Shown: positions 9,435 through 17,676 of the stretch, in pieces
Numbering within the stretch: position 1 is the first letter of the stretch
How the letters are laid out: each line of letters starts with the position of its first letter
NCBI GenBank assembly: GCA_964404825.1
Contig: CAYOLQ010000009.1
Location: 1-63,707, forward strand
Source: an uncultured Chitinophaga sp.
GTDB lineage: Bacteria > Bacteroidota > Bacteroidia > Bacteroidales > GCA-2748055
Direction: 5' to 3'
DNA: 63,707 bases
Made by a program: the position numbers and the translations under genes
Notes under the pieces: model-generated
Databases searched by the model: none
Told to the model about the DNA's origin: nothing
Seen by the model: only the letters and a program-made list of their open reading frames with translations

Positions 9435-10013
9435 TTATATATTTCGGGGGATTGTAGAGGTAAAAAGAAAAAATGAGTGTGACTCAGAAATGGGAAAAAA
9501 CAGAAACTCCAGGTTTTTTCCGGTCTTCCTTCGAATATCAATAAAACCTAATCCGGCACCGCCCTTATCTGATAGATGTCCTTCTTTCAGCTGCTTTTTA
9601 TAAAGTTCATCGAGTTGTTTTTTTGAAAGAGAATTTATATGGTTAAGGAGATCTGTTATGTATGGTATTCTTTCTACTTTAATAACATTGCCGGTGGTTA
9701 TGCTATATATCTGGTTATTCCGGCTGATAAGGAATATTCCATGGTTGTATTCCGAATCCTTTTCATTTTCAGGATGAACAGCGTGTTTTGAGATATTTTG
9801 TAAGCACTCCACCATAACATGGTAAACTTTTTTCTGCAGCGCCTCGGATTCATCAATTTTGGACATGTTTCCTTCAGCAAGCGTAGTAAAGGTTTTCATG
9901 ATCTGATGATTAATTTCACCTTCATACGCAAGAGTTATTTCATGCTCCTTCATACCCTTGTAGAAATCGTAAACGAAATCCAGAAATCCGCTATTTGATA
10001 AGGCTTTCGGCAT
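9435..10013 (-). CDS. SiaB-like serine/threonine protein kinase (GHKL/anti-sigma-factor-type ATPase fold)
   Basis: 192 aa. N-box-like VECLQNISKHA and G-box DKGGAGLGFIDI. Sits between a PP2C phosphatase gene and a DUF1987 gene, as in siaABC. Confidence 0.75.
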   Translation of the reverse strand: MPKALSNSGFLDFVYDFYKGMKEHEITLAYEGEINHQIMKTFTTLAEGNMSKIDESEALQKKVYHVMVECLQNISKHAVHPENEKDSEYNHGIFLISRNNQIYSITTGNVIKVERIPYITDLLNHINSLSKKQLDELYKKQLKEGHLSDKGGAGLGFIDIRRKTGKNLEFLFFPISESHSFFLFTSTIPRNI

Positions 10014-10243
10014 TAATAATAATTTTTATATTGAATTTAAATTTATCAGAATTATACAACTGAAATTCCGGTTTAAAAAAATATGTGCCAATTATAAATT
10101 TGCATTGTTTAAGAGCAGTTCATATTATAGGTCAGAGTGATTCTGATTCAATTGAAAACATTGCCCGATAGCAAATCTGATTGAATTACTTTTCAATATT
10201 AACGCCAATTTACATTAAAATTTATTATGAGAGCCGGAAATCA

Positions 10244-12865
10244 TTAAAATTCTATACCAATCATCAGTACATCATCGAGTTGTTTAAAGCCATCCCTCCA
10301 ATTAGTAAAATCTTCCTCAAATAATGTGTGAAATTGTTTCATCGTGAAGCCGGGGTGTTCAAGAATCATTTCCCTTAGCCGGCCGGTTGAATATTTTCTT
10401 CCGTGCGGACCACCTAACTGATCAGTAATCCCATCGGAAAAAATGAATATTTTATCAGATTTTTTAAAGGAAATATAATTGTTTACAAAATCCTCTTCAA
10501 TTTTCTTGCCTATACTAATTCCTCCAATGGATTTGCGATCCCCTTTAAATTCTATAAGCTCTCCTTCGCTTAAAAGGAGTAACGGACGATGGGCTCCTGC
10601 AAAAACAAGTTCCTTCTTTTTAAGGTTTATTTTACAAAATGCAATATCCATTCCATCCCTTGTATCAGGATTTTCGGTATCCTGCTTTAAAGTATGGCGT
10701 ACGTTACGGTGCAGCGTATCGCAGATTTCAGCCGGAGACTGTTCTTTTTCCTTGTCGACAATATTATTCAGAAGGAAAAATCCAATAAATGATAACAGCG
10801 CTCCCGGAACACCATGACCTGTGCAATCCACCGCTGCTATGTAAATGTCATCATTCTTTTTAAAGTACCAGGGAAAATCCCCCGAAACAACATCCCTTGG
10901 CCTATAAAAAATAAAGCATTGGGGCAGACTTTGTTTTATGAATTCAATGTCAGGCAGTAGTGCTGACTGAATTCTTTCTGCATAATTTATACTATCTCCG
11001 ATATTTTTATTCTTTATCTGGATCTCTTTTTCAATCCTTTTTGCTTCAGTGATATCATGACCTACAAAAAGAACAGTCTCCAGCTCATCATTAGTGAATT
11101 CCGGTATAGCATCGATACTCATGATTCGTTCGGTTAGCTTTTCGCCCATTTTTACAGAGAGTGAAATCTCATTGTTGGTTTTCACGGGATTTGAAATTAT
11201 ACTCCGTAGTGAAGAATCAAAGTAATTATGAAGGGGAGGGGAAAAATTCAGCTCACTGAGTGGTTTGTTTTGCAAATCGAGCGGGTTAATACCTATGTAA
11301 TCTTCAACAACAGGGTTTGCATAATGGAAATGACCTGAGGTACTCAACCTGATTATCATGTCAAGAGAGTTTTCAGAGAGTGATTGCATACGGGTTTTGA
11401 GCCGTTCCTCCTTTTCAGCTCTGATTCTCTCGGTAATATCGCTGGAATTTATAATAATTCCCTGAATTGCAGGGTCATCCAGCAAATTTTTAGCTGTTGA
11501 TTCCAGATAAATACGTACGCCTTCTTTCTTAATAAATGAATACTGAATTGTTGTTTCAATACCGGGATTTTCAATCGAATTGGCAATTAACCTTCTTAGG
11601 TTTGCAGCCCCGTCCCTTGAAAGACGTTCAAAATCCTTACCCTGAATCATTTCCTCCGGAGTATAACCAAGAATTCGGGTTACAGATGGACTTACATAAT
11701 TCATCTGCAATTTGGCAGAATAAATTGAAATTACTTCGGATGCGTTTTCCAACAACCAGCGAAGTTTACCCTGTGCATTCTGAACTTCGGTTATTTTGGC
11801 CTCTAGCTGCTCATTGGATTTTCGAAGTTGTTCCTGGGTTGCCTTCATTTCTTCTGCGTTTTCCTGCAGAGTTTGTTCATTTTGCCTTAGCTCAAGGGTC
11901 ATGTTACACGATTCTTCCAAAAGCATCTCGGTCTTCTGATTGATTTTCAGATTATAGATAGTTCTGGCAATTGTTTCACCCAGCTCAAGAAGAAACTGTA
12001 TAACAATTTTTGGAAGTTTTTCATTTATGGAAGCGAATTCGAGCACTCCCTGCAATTTCCCATCTGTAATAAGAGGAATCAATAGAAGACTTTTCGGTTT
12101 CTGATCACCAATCAATCCTGAACTTAAGGTAATGAAATCATCAGGAATTTCGGTACGATAAACAAAATCCATTTCATAAGCACACTGTCCTACCAAACCT
12201 TCTCCAATCCTGAATTCCTGCCTGAGATATTTTTGCCTGTTATAGGCATAGGTAGCTGAATTAACTAAAACCTTTCGATCGATATCGTAAATGTACATAG
12301 CTCCCTGAACAACCTGTATATAGTTTATCAGATTCTTCAGTACATGAAATGACATAACATCTATCTTATTATGCAATCGTAAAATTCTGGATATCATGTC
12401 TTTGCCTTCTGAAATCCAGTTTTGGTCGCTTTCTTTTCTTTGATTAGCTTTTAAAAAATTCTGAAGTAAAAGAAGAGATTTCCCAAGAATATCTTCATCA
12501 TTTTCCGGCACAAAATTTCTTTTATAATCACCCTTACCAATTCCATAGGCATACTCGGAATACTTTTCAATTAAGGTCTGCCTGGTTTCTATTTCATTAA
12601 GTAATCTGGTTTTATCCTGATTTTGGTTCCTCATGTTTTTTAGAAATAATACACTCAGTATAATTGGAAGGCAATCTGTCAGCCAGAGAGCAGGATTATT
12701 CCTGTGGATTTCAATAATTCCATAAATAGAGATTTTAAGATCCCTGATAACCATGGTAGCAATCCATACCAGAAACAAACCAATGAGTAAGGAAATGAAA
12801 ACAGCCCTTTCAGGAATCTTTTCCTGTATAACAGTATAGCTGGTTTTTATATCCTTGATGTTCAT
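10244..12865 (-). CDS. membrane-anchored GAF-PAS-PAS-PP2C (SpoIIE/RsbU/SiaA-type) protein phosphatase
   Basis: 873 aa. N-terminal TM helices, a GAF region (VLKNLINYIQVVQGAMYIY...), an E/Q-rich coiled coil and two PAS-like repeats. C-terminal PP2C motifs AAVDCTGHGVPGALLS, IFSDGITDQ and DDVLMIGIEF. The ATG overlaps the upstream stop (ATGA). Confidence 0.9.
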   Translation of the reverse strand: MNIKDIKTSYTVIQEKIPERAVFISLLIGLFLVWIATMVIRDLKISIYGIIEIHRNNPALWLTDCLPIILSVLFLKNMRNQNQDKTRLLNEIETRQTLIEKYSEYAYGIGKGDYKRNFVPENDEDILGKSLLLLQNFLKANQRKESDQNWISEGKDMISRILRLHNKIDVMSFHVLKNLINYIQVVQGAMYIYDIDRKVLVNSATYAYNRQKYLRQEFRIGEGLVGQCAYEMDFVYRTEIPDDFITLSSGLIGDQKPKSLLLIPLITDGKLQGVLEFASINEKLPKIVIQFLLELGETIARTIYNLKINQKTEMLLEESCNMTLELRQNEQTLQENAEEMKATQEQLRKSNEQLEAKITEVQNAQGKLRWLLENASEVISIYSAKLQMNYVSPSVTRILGYTPEEMIQGKDFERLSRDGAANLRRLIANSIENPGIETTIQYSFIKKEGVRIYLESTAKNLLDDPAIQGIIINSSDITERIRAEKEERLKTRMQSLSENSLDMIIRLSTSGHFHYANPVVEDYIGINPLDLQNKPLSELNFSPPLHNYFDSSLRSIISNPVKTNNEISLSVKMGEKLTERIMSIDAIPEFTNDELETVLFVGHDITEAKRIEKEIQIKNKNIGDSINYAERIQSALLPDIEFIKQSLPQCFIFYRPRDVVSGDFPWYFKKNDDIYIAAVDCTGHGVPGALLSFIGFFLLNNIVDKEKEQSPAEICDTLHRNVRHTLKQDTENPDTRDGMDIAFCKINLKKKELVFAGAHRPLLLLSEGELIEFKGDRKSIGGISIGKKIEEDFVNNYISFKKSDKIFIFSDGITDQLGGPHGRKYSTGRLREMILEHPGFTMKQFHTLFEEDFTNWRDGFKQLDDVLMIGIEF

Positions 12866-13623
12866 ATTTTTTCGTTGTTCAGAACCGAGTGTATTTTTTC
12901 TCCCCCTTCACGCATAAGCCTGTTAAGCATATAAAACCGACTTTCTTCAATTTCTTTAAAGCAGGAAATCTCTATAAGTGCCAGTGATTTTTTTTCATGA
13001 ACCAGAGGGATCAGGTACAGTATGCGCGCTTTTCCTTTTCCAAGACCCGATATAACCTGAAAATACGATTCCGGAAGATTATTAATTACAATCACTTTAT
13101 TATCCATGCAGGCCTGACCATTAATTCCCTCTCCTTCCTGAAATCCTTGATGTGGATTTTCAAAAGCACAGGCATAAGATGCTGTCAGTGTATATTTACT
13201 TTCCTGAGGATCAGCAATGAAAAACATTCCCTGGACAATTTCAAATTCCTCTGCCAGATTTTTAAGTAAACGGTCGCCGATTCTCGCTAAAACAGTGCTG
13301 CTGAAAACTCCTTTTAAAAGGTCGGCATCAGAATCTTTCGCGCTGAATGTCTGAACCGGATCTTCATTATTCTCACTTTTGGGACCTTCGGGAACATTGG
13401 TTTTTGAATACGATAACTTTTTTAACTCTGAAGAAAGGCTATTAAACTTAAAATATAGAACCAGGAGTGACAGCAGAGAAAGAAGTAAGAATGCAAGAGA
13501 AACAAAAAATTTATTTTTCCCTGAAAGAAATGAATTCCAGGCCAGTATAAACGCAGCTATCATAGCTGCAGCTGTGAGCAGAAAAAGAAAATATTCCCTG
13601 ATGTCTGATTTCTTTATTAGCAA
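12862..13623 (-). CDS. membrane-anchored stand-alone GAF-domain protein
   Basis: 253 aa with a TTG start at 13623. Two N-terminal TM helices, then a GAF-like fold (LLKNLAEEFEIVQGMFFIADPQE...LIPLVHEKKSLALIEISCF) paralogous to the GAF of both large sensors. Confidence 0.7.
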   Translation of the reverse strand: MLIKKSDIREYFLFLLTAAAMIAAFILAWNSFLSGKNKFFVSLAFLLLSLLSLLVLYFKFNSLSSELKKLSYSKTNVPEGPKSENNEDPVQTFSAKDSDADLLKGVFSSTVLARIGDRLLKNLAEEFEIVQGMFFIADPQESKYTLTASYACAFENPHQGFQEGEGINGQACMDNKVIVINNLPESYFQVISGLGKGKARILYLIPLVHEKKSLALIEISCFKEIEESRFYMLNRLMREGGEKIHSVLNNEKI

Positions 13624-13631
13624 TGGTTTAT

Positions 13632-14186
13632 TTATAAGTTTTTTATAAAATTAATTATTTTGTCGGCATCAAGGATATAATCCGGATGAAACATATTTAT
13701 ACATGCTTCAGGCATGGTTCCAATCTCACAAAATTTTGGATCCTCAACAATGGTAATTCCCCCTTCCTTCTTAATCTTGTACATACCTTTTGCTCCGTCC
13801 ATGTTTGCTCCTGAAAGCAATACTCCTACAGCTTTATTCCCGAAGACTTCACCTGCTGTATCAAAAGTGATATCAAGAGAAGGTCGGGAATGGTTTACAG
13901 GTTCACTTATGGATAGGGAAAAGCGGTTTGAATGTTCGAGCATAAGATGGTAATTTGACGGTGCAAGATATACTCTTCCTTTCCTGATGGGTTCCTTATC
14001 ATCCGGTTCACGTATTATTAATCTGGAGTTAATCTGCAATGCTTCTGCAAATCCAGATCTTACAGTTCTTAATCGGTGAAGACATAACACAATAGGGTGA
14101 GCATAACCTTCTGGCAGGTTACTTAGCAGTTGATTCACGGTTTTAAAACTTCCTGCTGATCCTCCTATAATAATTATCTTTTCCAG
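13632..14186 (-). CDS. cheB: CheB-type protein-glutamate methylesterase catalytic domain (no receiver domain); start codon unresolved
   Basis: Catalytic-triad context: GGSAGS (Ser codon 14157-14159), CLHRL (His), RPSLDITFDT (Asp). The track start (GTG 14138) lies downstream of the Ser. The frame is open up to the TAA at 14190-14192. CTG 14184-14186 is used here only as a nominal start. Confidence 0.75.
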   Translation of the reverse strand: MEKIIIIGGSAGSFKTVNQLLSNLPEGYAHPIVLCLHRLRTVRSGFAEALQINSRLIIREPDDKEPIRKGRVYLAPSNYHLMLEHSNRFSLSISEPVNHSRPSLDITFDTAGEVFGNKAVGVLLSGANMDGAKGMYKIKKEGGITIVEDPKFCEIGTMPEACINMFHPDYILDADKIINFIKNL

Positions 14187-14189
14187 AAA

Positions 14190-15017
14190 TTATGTTTTAA
14201 TTTTTCTAAATATTTTTTCGGAACTGTTATATACTGTAAGATTTTTTTTGTTGTCGATATAATCATCAAGATTGTCTTTTATTCCGGTAATTAAAAATCC
14301 ACCTTCATCGATAATGGAAATCAATTGATCAAGAACTTTTTCTTTATGCTCAGGAGTATAAACCAGAAGATTATTTCTGAAGAAGAGCAAATTTGTGTGT
14401 GAAGGCACTGACTCAAAATTCAGATTTTGTGTGAAAAAATTAACATTCTTTAATAGGGAATGATCAATTGCGTAGTCCTTACCATTTTTTTTAATGTACC
14501 GGTAAATATCATTTTCCGGAAATATCTTTTCAAAGTTTTCAATACTTGTTTCGATTTGTCTGAGGGGAATAATACCTCCGGATAATCTGGATATTGTTTT
14601 TTCGGCTATACATGAAATTCCGGCTTCAAAAGTCAGTTTCGGGAAAACTATCTGAAGTAAAATCAGAAAGGAAAAAAGATCCTGTCCGTTGCTGGCACCT
14701 GGAAACCAAATCTGTGGTTTGTTAAAGGATATGAGAAGTTCTGGAATTACGTCAAAGCTGATAACTTTCCAGGTTTCGGGATCCCTGAAAAGCTCAATAT
14801 GCGTATCGGTTATTTCAAAGAGGAATTCATCAAAAAAATCATCATCTTCAAGGATTCTTGAAGAAAGAAGTCCGGGGTACTTCAGATGATGCAGCATTAT
14901 TGAGTTATCCAGAGCAAACCGAAATGCCATTGGCGAGTACTGACTGAAATCGTAGCCAAACTTTTGTTGTATTTCCCGTATAATTTTTCTCGTTTCAACA
15001 ATTCCTATTTCAGGCAT
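14190..15017 (-). CDS. CheR-like methyltransferase paralogue with a degenerate SAM-binding motif
   Basis: CheR N-domain motif IELFRDPETW is present. The canonical W-x-AGCSTG-E motif reads IWFPGASNGQD. Start taken at the ATG at 15017 (MPEIGIVETRK). The longer track ORF (to 15083) would overlap the upstream gene by 56 nt. Confidence 0.7.
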   Translation of the reverse strand: MPEIGIVETRKIIREIQQKFGYDFSQYSPMAFRFALDNSIMLHHLKYPGLLSSRILEDDDFFDEFLFEITDTHIELFRDPETWKVISFDVIPELLISFNKPQIWFPGASNGQDLFSFLILLQIVFPKLTFEAGISCIAEKTISRLSGGIIPLRQIETSIENFEKIFPENDIYRYIKKNGKDYAIDHSLLKNVNFFTQNLNFESVPSHTNLLFFRNNLLVYTPEHKEKVLDQLISIIDEGGFLITGIKDNLDDYIDNKKNLTVYNSSEKIFRKIKT

Positions 15018-15027
15018 ATCAGTTGTT

Positions 15028-17676
15028 TTACGGTTCATGCAGTTGTTGCCTGAGTCTGTCAATTTCTTTATTGGCATCCTCAAGTAACTGGTATTTTAGC
15101 TTTTTCTCAGTAATGTCGTGAGCAAGAAAATAAACCTTATAGATTTCTCCTTCTTCATTTTTTACAGGAGAAAAGGTTGCCATAAGCCAAACTTCTTCAC
15201 CAGTTGGTTTTGTTCTGCGAATTACTCCGGAATAGGTTTTATCTTTAGTAATCTCTGACCAGATTTTTTCAAATTGCTGTTTCTCAGTATCTTTAAGGAA
15301 TAATCTGATATTTTTACCGAGTACTTCCTTTCCCGAGTATCCGGTTGTTTCTATGTAATTCGCATTGACATCAGCAATGATTCCTTCAACTGATAATTCA
15401 CATTTAATTATAGATGCATCAACAGCATTGCTTAATGATTCCATTTCAATACTGCTTCTTCTTATCTCATTGGCCTGGTTTTCGAGTGATTCCTGTTGTT
15501 TTTTATCTTGCGTAATGTCATGTGCAATATTCAGAATTTTATAGGGTTTTCCTGTTCGATCAAGAATAGGAGTATAGGTTTGATTGAGCCAGATTTCATT
15601 CCCGTTAAAAAGTCTGAAATGTTCTGTCTGACTAATGGTCTCACCATCCTTTAATTTTTTCCAGAATTCTTTATACTCATTCGAGTATTTATCCACTACT
15701 GAGAAGTCGCTATGATGTTTTCCGACAACCTGTTCTCTGGATGATTCCATCAGAAAGAGAAATTTTTCGTTCACATCTGCAAAACGTCCGTTAATACTAT
15801 ATTCGGCTACAAGTGAAGAGGAATTTACAGCATTCAGGATACCGGTTATCTCTGTTTCTTTTCGAAGAGATTCTTCCTGAGCATCACGAAGTTCCTGAAC
15901 ATTCCTGACCATTTTCTCTTCCTGTCTGGCCATTTCCTCGGCCTGTTTTCGCGACTTTTCAAGCAGGCTGATGGTTTTTTCATTAATCCTCACGGCAGCA
16001 AGGGTATTTGCAATACTTTCTCCCAGTTGTTCAACAAATCCTGTTTCATGTGGTTCAAGTATTCTGAATGATGCTATCTCCAGGATACCAAAGAGCTCAT
16101 TTTCCAGTTTGAGCGGTACGATTAAAATACAACGAGGCTGAGCTTGCCCGATCCCTGAAGAAATTTCAAAATAGTTCTTCGGAATATCCGTCAGGTACAT
16201 GATTTCTTTTTCAAGTGCACAGGTACCTATAAGCCCTTCCCCATATAGAATTCTTCGGGAAATATATTTGCGCCTGTCGTATGCAAATGCGGCAACCATG
16301 TCTATAACGGGACTGGATTCTTCCTGATTATTAAGATAAATTGCCCCCTGATCGGCATTAATATATTTCACAAGGTTTTTAATTACTTTAAAAGCCAATT
16401 CTTCAAGATTTTCCCTTTCCGAACGGAAAATCTCCCCAAAACTTGCTATCCCTTCGCTAAGCCATCTTCGCTTCTCCTCCTGGGTTTTATGAATAATATC
16501 CTCATGCTCTGCTTCTCTTAAACGTTGCGCCATTTTCAATAGAGAATTTCCAAGTACATCATCAGCTCCCAACGGCTTAAAATCTTCCCGGATATTTAAC
16601 TCACCGATTTTATCAGCAAATCTTATTTTGTGGTTAAGACTTTCAACATGATCATTAAGGTTTTCAGCCATTTCATTTAGATCGTCAGATGAATTCAGGT
16701 TAAGCTTCTCCGGAACCTTACCAGATTTTAATTCCCTCAGAAAATGCTTTAATTGTGAAACAGATTGATAAATGTTAACAAATGATCTGTAAAAAGCCGC
16801 TATACAGAATCCCCCGAAAAAAAGAACAATCCAAATAAACCGGTTAATGACCTTCGCTGATCCCTTCGTATATATCTTCTCTGATTCCTTTTCAAGGTTT
16901 ACTGCAATATCACTGATCTGGAGAACATTAAAATTGATTTGTGCCCGCAAGCCGGCAGATTCATTATTCCCTGCCTTTCTGTATAAGGTGAGCAGGGATT
17001 CAGTATTATCGAAAAAGCTGTTCAGTATAAGTTCATTTTCAATTCCCGCTGCGTTCACCGGAAAAGAAAGACTTCTTTCGGATTCATAATAATCAATAAG
17101 TTTTTCAAGTTGAGTGGGATCCCGGTTTATGAGAAAACTCATTGCAATACCAGAAAGCTTTTCAATAAATACTGCAGCTCTCGGGGAAAGTGCGTTTTTG
17201 TTGATATTCAGGATAGATTGAAGCCTTGTATACCATTGATTTAACAAACCAGTTCCAAGATCTCCTCTCTCATAGATTAAGCCTGTAAATTCAGTACAAA
17301 GTTGTTTTACATCCTTAACATTTTCCTCCGCATCCTTAATGCTTCGCTGAAGCGTAAGATTATCTGAAACAAGTTTGCCAGCACTCAGACTGGATAATTT
17401 TGTATTAAGCCTGATGCAGACTTCTTCGATCCCATCGTTACTGACCTTTCCGGAGCTCCCACTCTCCAGATTACCAAACTGGCTTTTCAGATTTGCCGCT
17501 TCCAGAAAAAGTATTGAAGCTTCATGCCTTAGTTTTGCTATATCCTGGCGACCCTGATCATATGCCATAATGTTGTTTACGCGGTCCACCAGCATCAGGG
17601 AACATACAAACCAGAATATTACTGATAAACAGATTAGTAAAATGAACCGGGATCTCAATGTCGGTGCGGGTATCAT
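15028..17676 (-). CDS. MCP-like transmembrane sensor (TM, helical ectodomain, TM, HAMP) carrying GAF-PAS-PAS in place of an MCP signalling domain; no output domain
   Basis: 882 aa. TM1 at about aa 10-30, a roughly 250-aa helical extracytoplasmic region, TM2 (FIWIVLFFGGFCIAAFY), a HAMP-like segment, GAF (VIKNLVKYINADQGAIYL...), an E/Q-rich coiled coil and two PAS repeats ending ...AHDITQDKK and ...AHDITEKK. ATGA overlap with cheR. Confidence 0.85.
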   Translation of the reverse strand: MIPAPTLRSRFILLICLSVIFWFVCSLMLVDRVNNIMAYDQGRQDIAKLRHEASILFLEAANLKSQFGNLESGSSGKVSNDGIEEVCIRLNTKLSSLSAGKLVSDNLTLQRSIKDAEENVKDVKQLCTEFTGLIYERGDLGTGLLNQWYTRLQSILNINKNALSPRAAVFIEKLSGIAMSFLINRDPTQLEKLIDYYESERSLSFPVNAAGIENELILNSFFDNTESLLTLYRKAGNNESAGLRAQINFNVLQISDIAVNLEKESEKIYTKGSAKVINRFIWIVLFFGGFCIAAFYRSFVNIYQSVSQLKHFLRELKSGKVPEKLNLNSSDDLNEMAENLNDHVESLNHKIRFADKIGELNIREDFKPLGADDVLGNSLLKMAQRLREAEHEDIIHKTQEEKRRWLSEGIASFGEIFRSERENLEELAFKVIKNLVKYINADQGAIYLNNQEESSPVIDMVAAFAYDRRKYISRRILYGEGLIGTCALEKEIMYLTDIPKNYFEISSGIGQAQPRCILIVPLKLENELFGILEIASFRILEPHETGFVEQLGESIANTLAAVRINEKTISLLEKSRKQAEEMARQEEKMVRNVQELRDAQEESLRKETEITGILNAVNSSSLVAEYSINGRFADVNEKFLFLMESSREQVVGKHHSDFSVVDKYSNEYKEFWKKLKDGETISQTEHFRLFNGNEIWLNQTYTPILDRTGKPYKILNIAHDITQDKKQQESLENQANEIRRSSIEMESLSNAVDASIIKCELSVEGIIADVNANYIETTGYSGKEVLGKNIRLFLKDTEKQQFEKIWSEITKDKTYSGVIRRTKPTGEEVWLMATFSPVKNEEGEIYKVYFLAHDITEKKLKYQLLEDANKEIDRLRQQLHEP

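Noticed and set aside
9431-9541. N-terminal extension of the SiaC-like ORF (track ORF 9050-9541)
   Set aside because: The extension overlaps the C-terminal coding region of the SiaB-like gene in another frame. The ATG at 9430 gives a protein of the size and N-terminus expected for DUF1987.
10014-10243. Small gene or sRNA in the only sizeable gap of the sensory cluster
   Set aside because: There is no ORF with a plausible start and no convincing hairpin or terminator by eye. The gap probably holds an internal promoter or regulatory region, but I could not identify a clean minus-strand TAnnTTTG box, so nothing is called.
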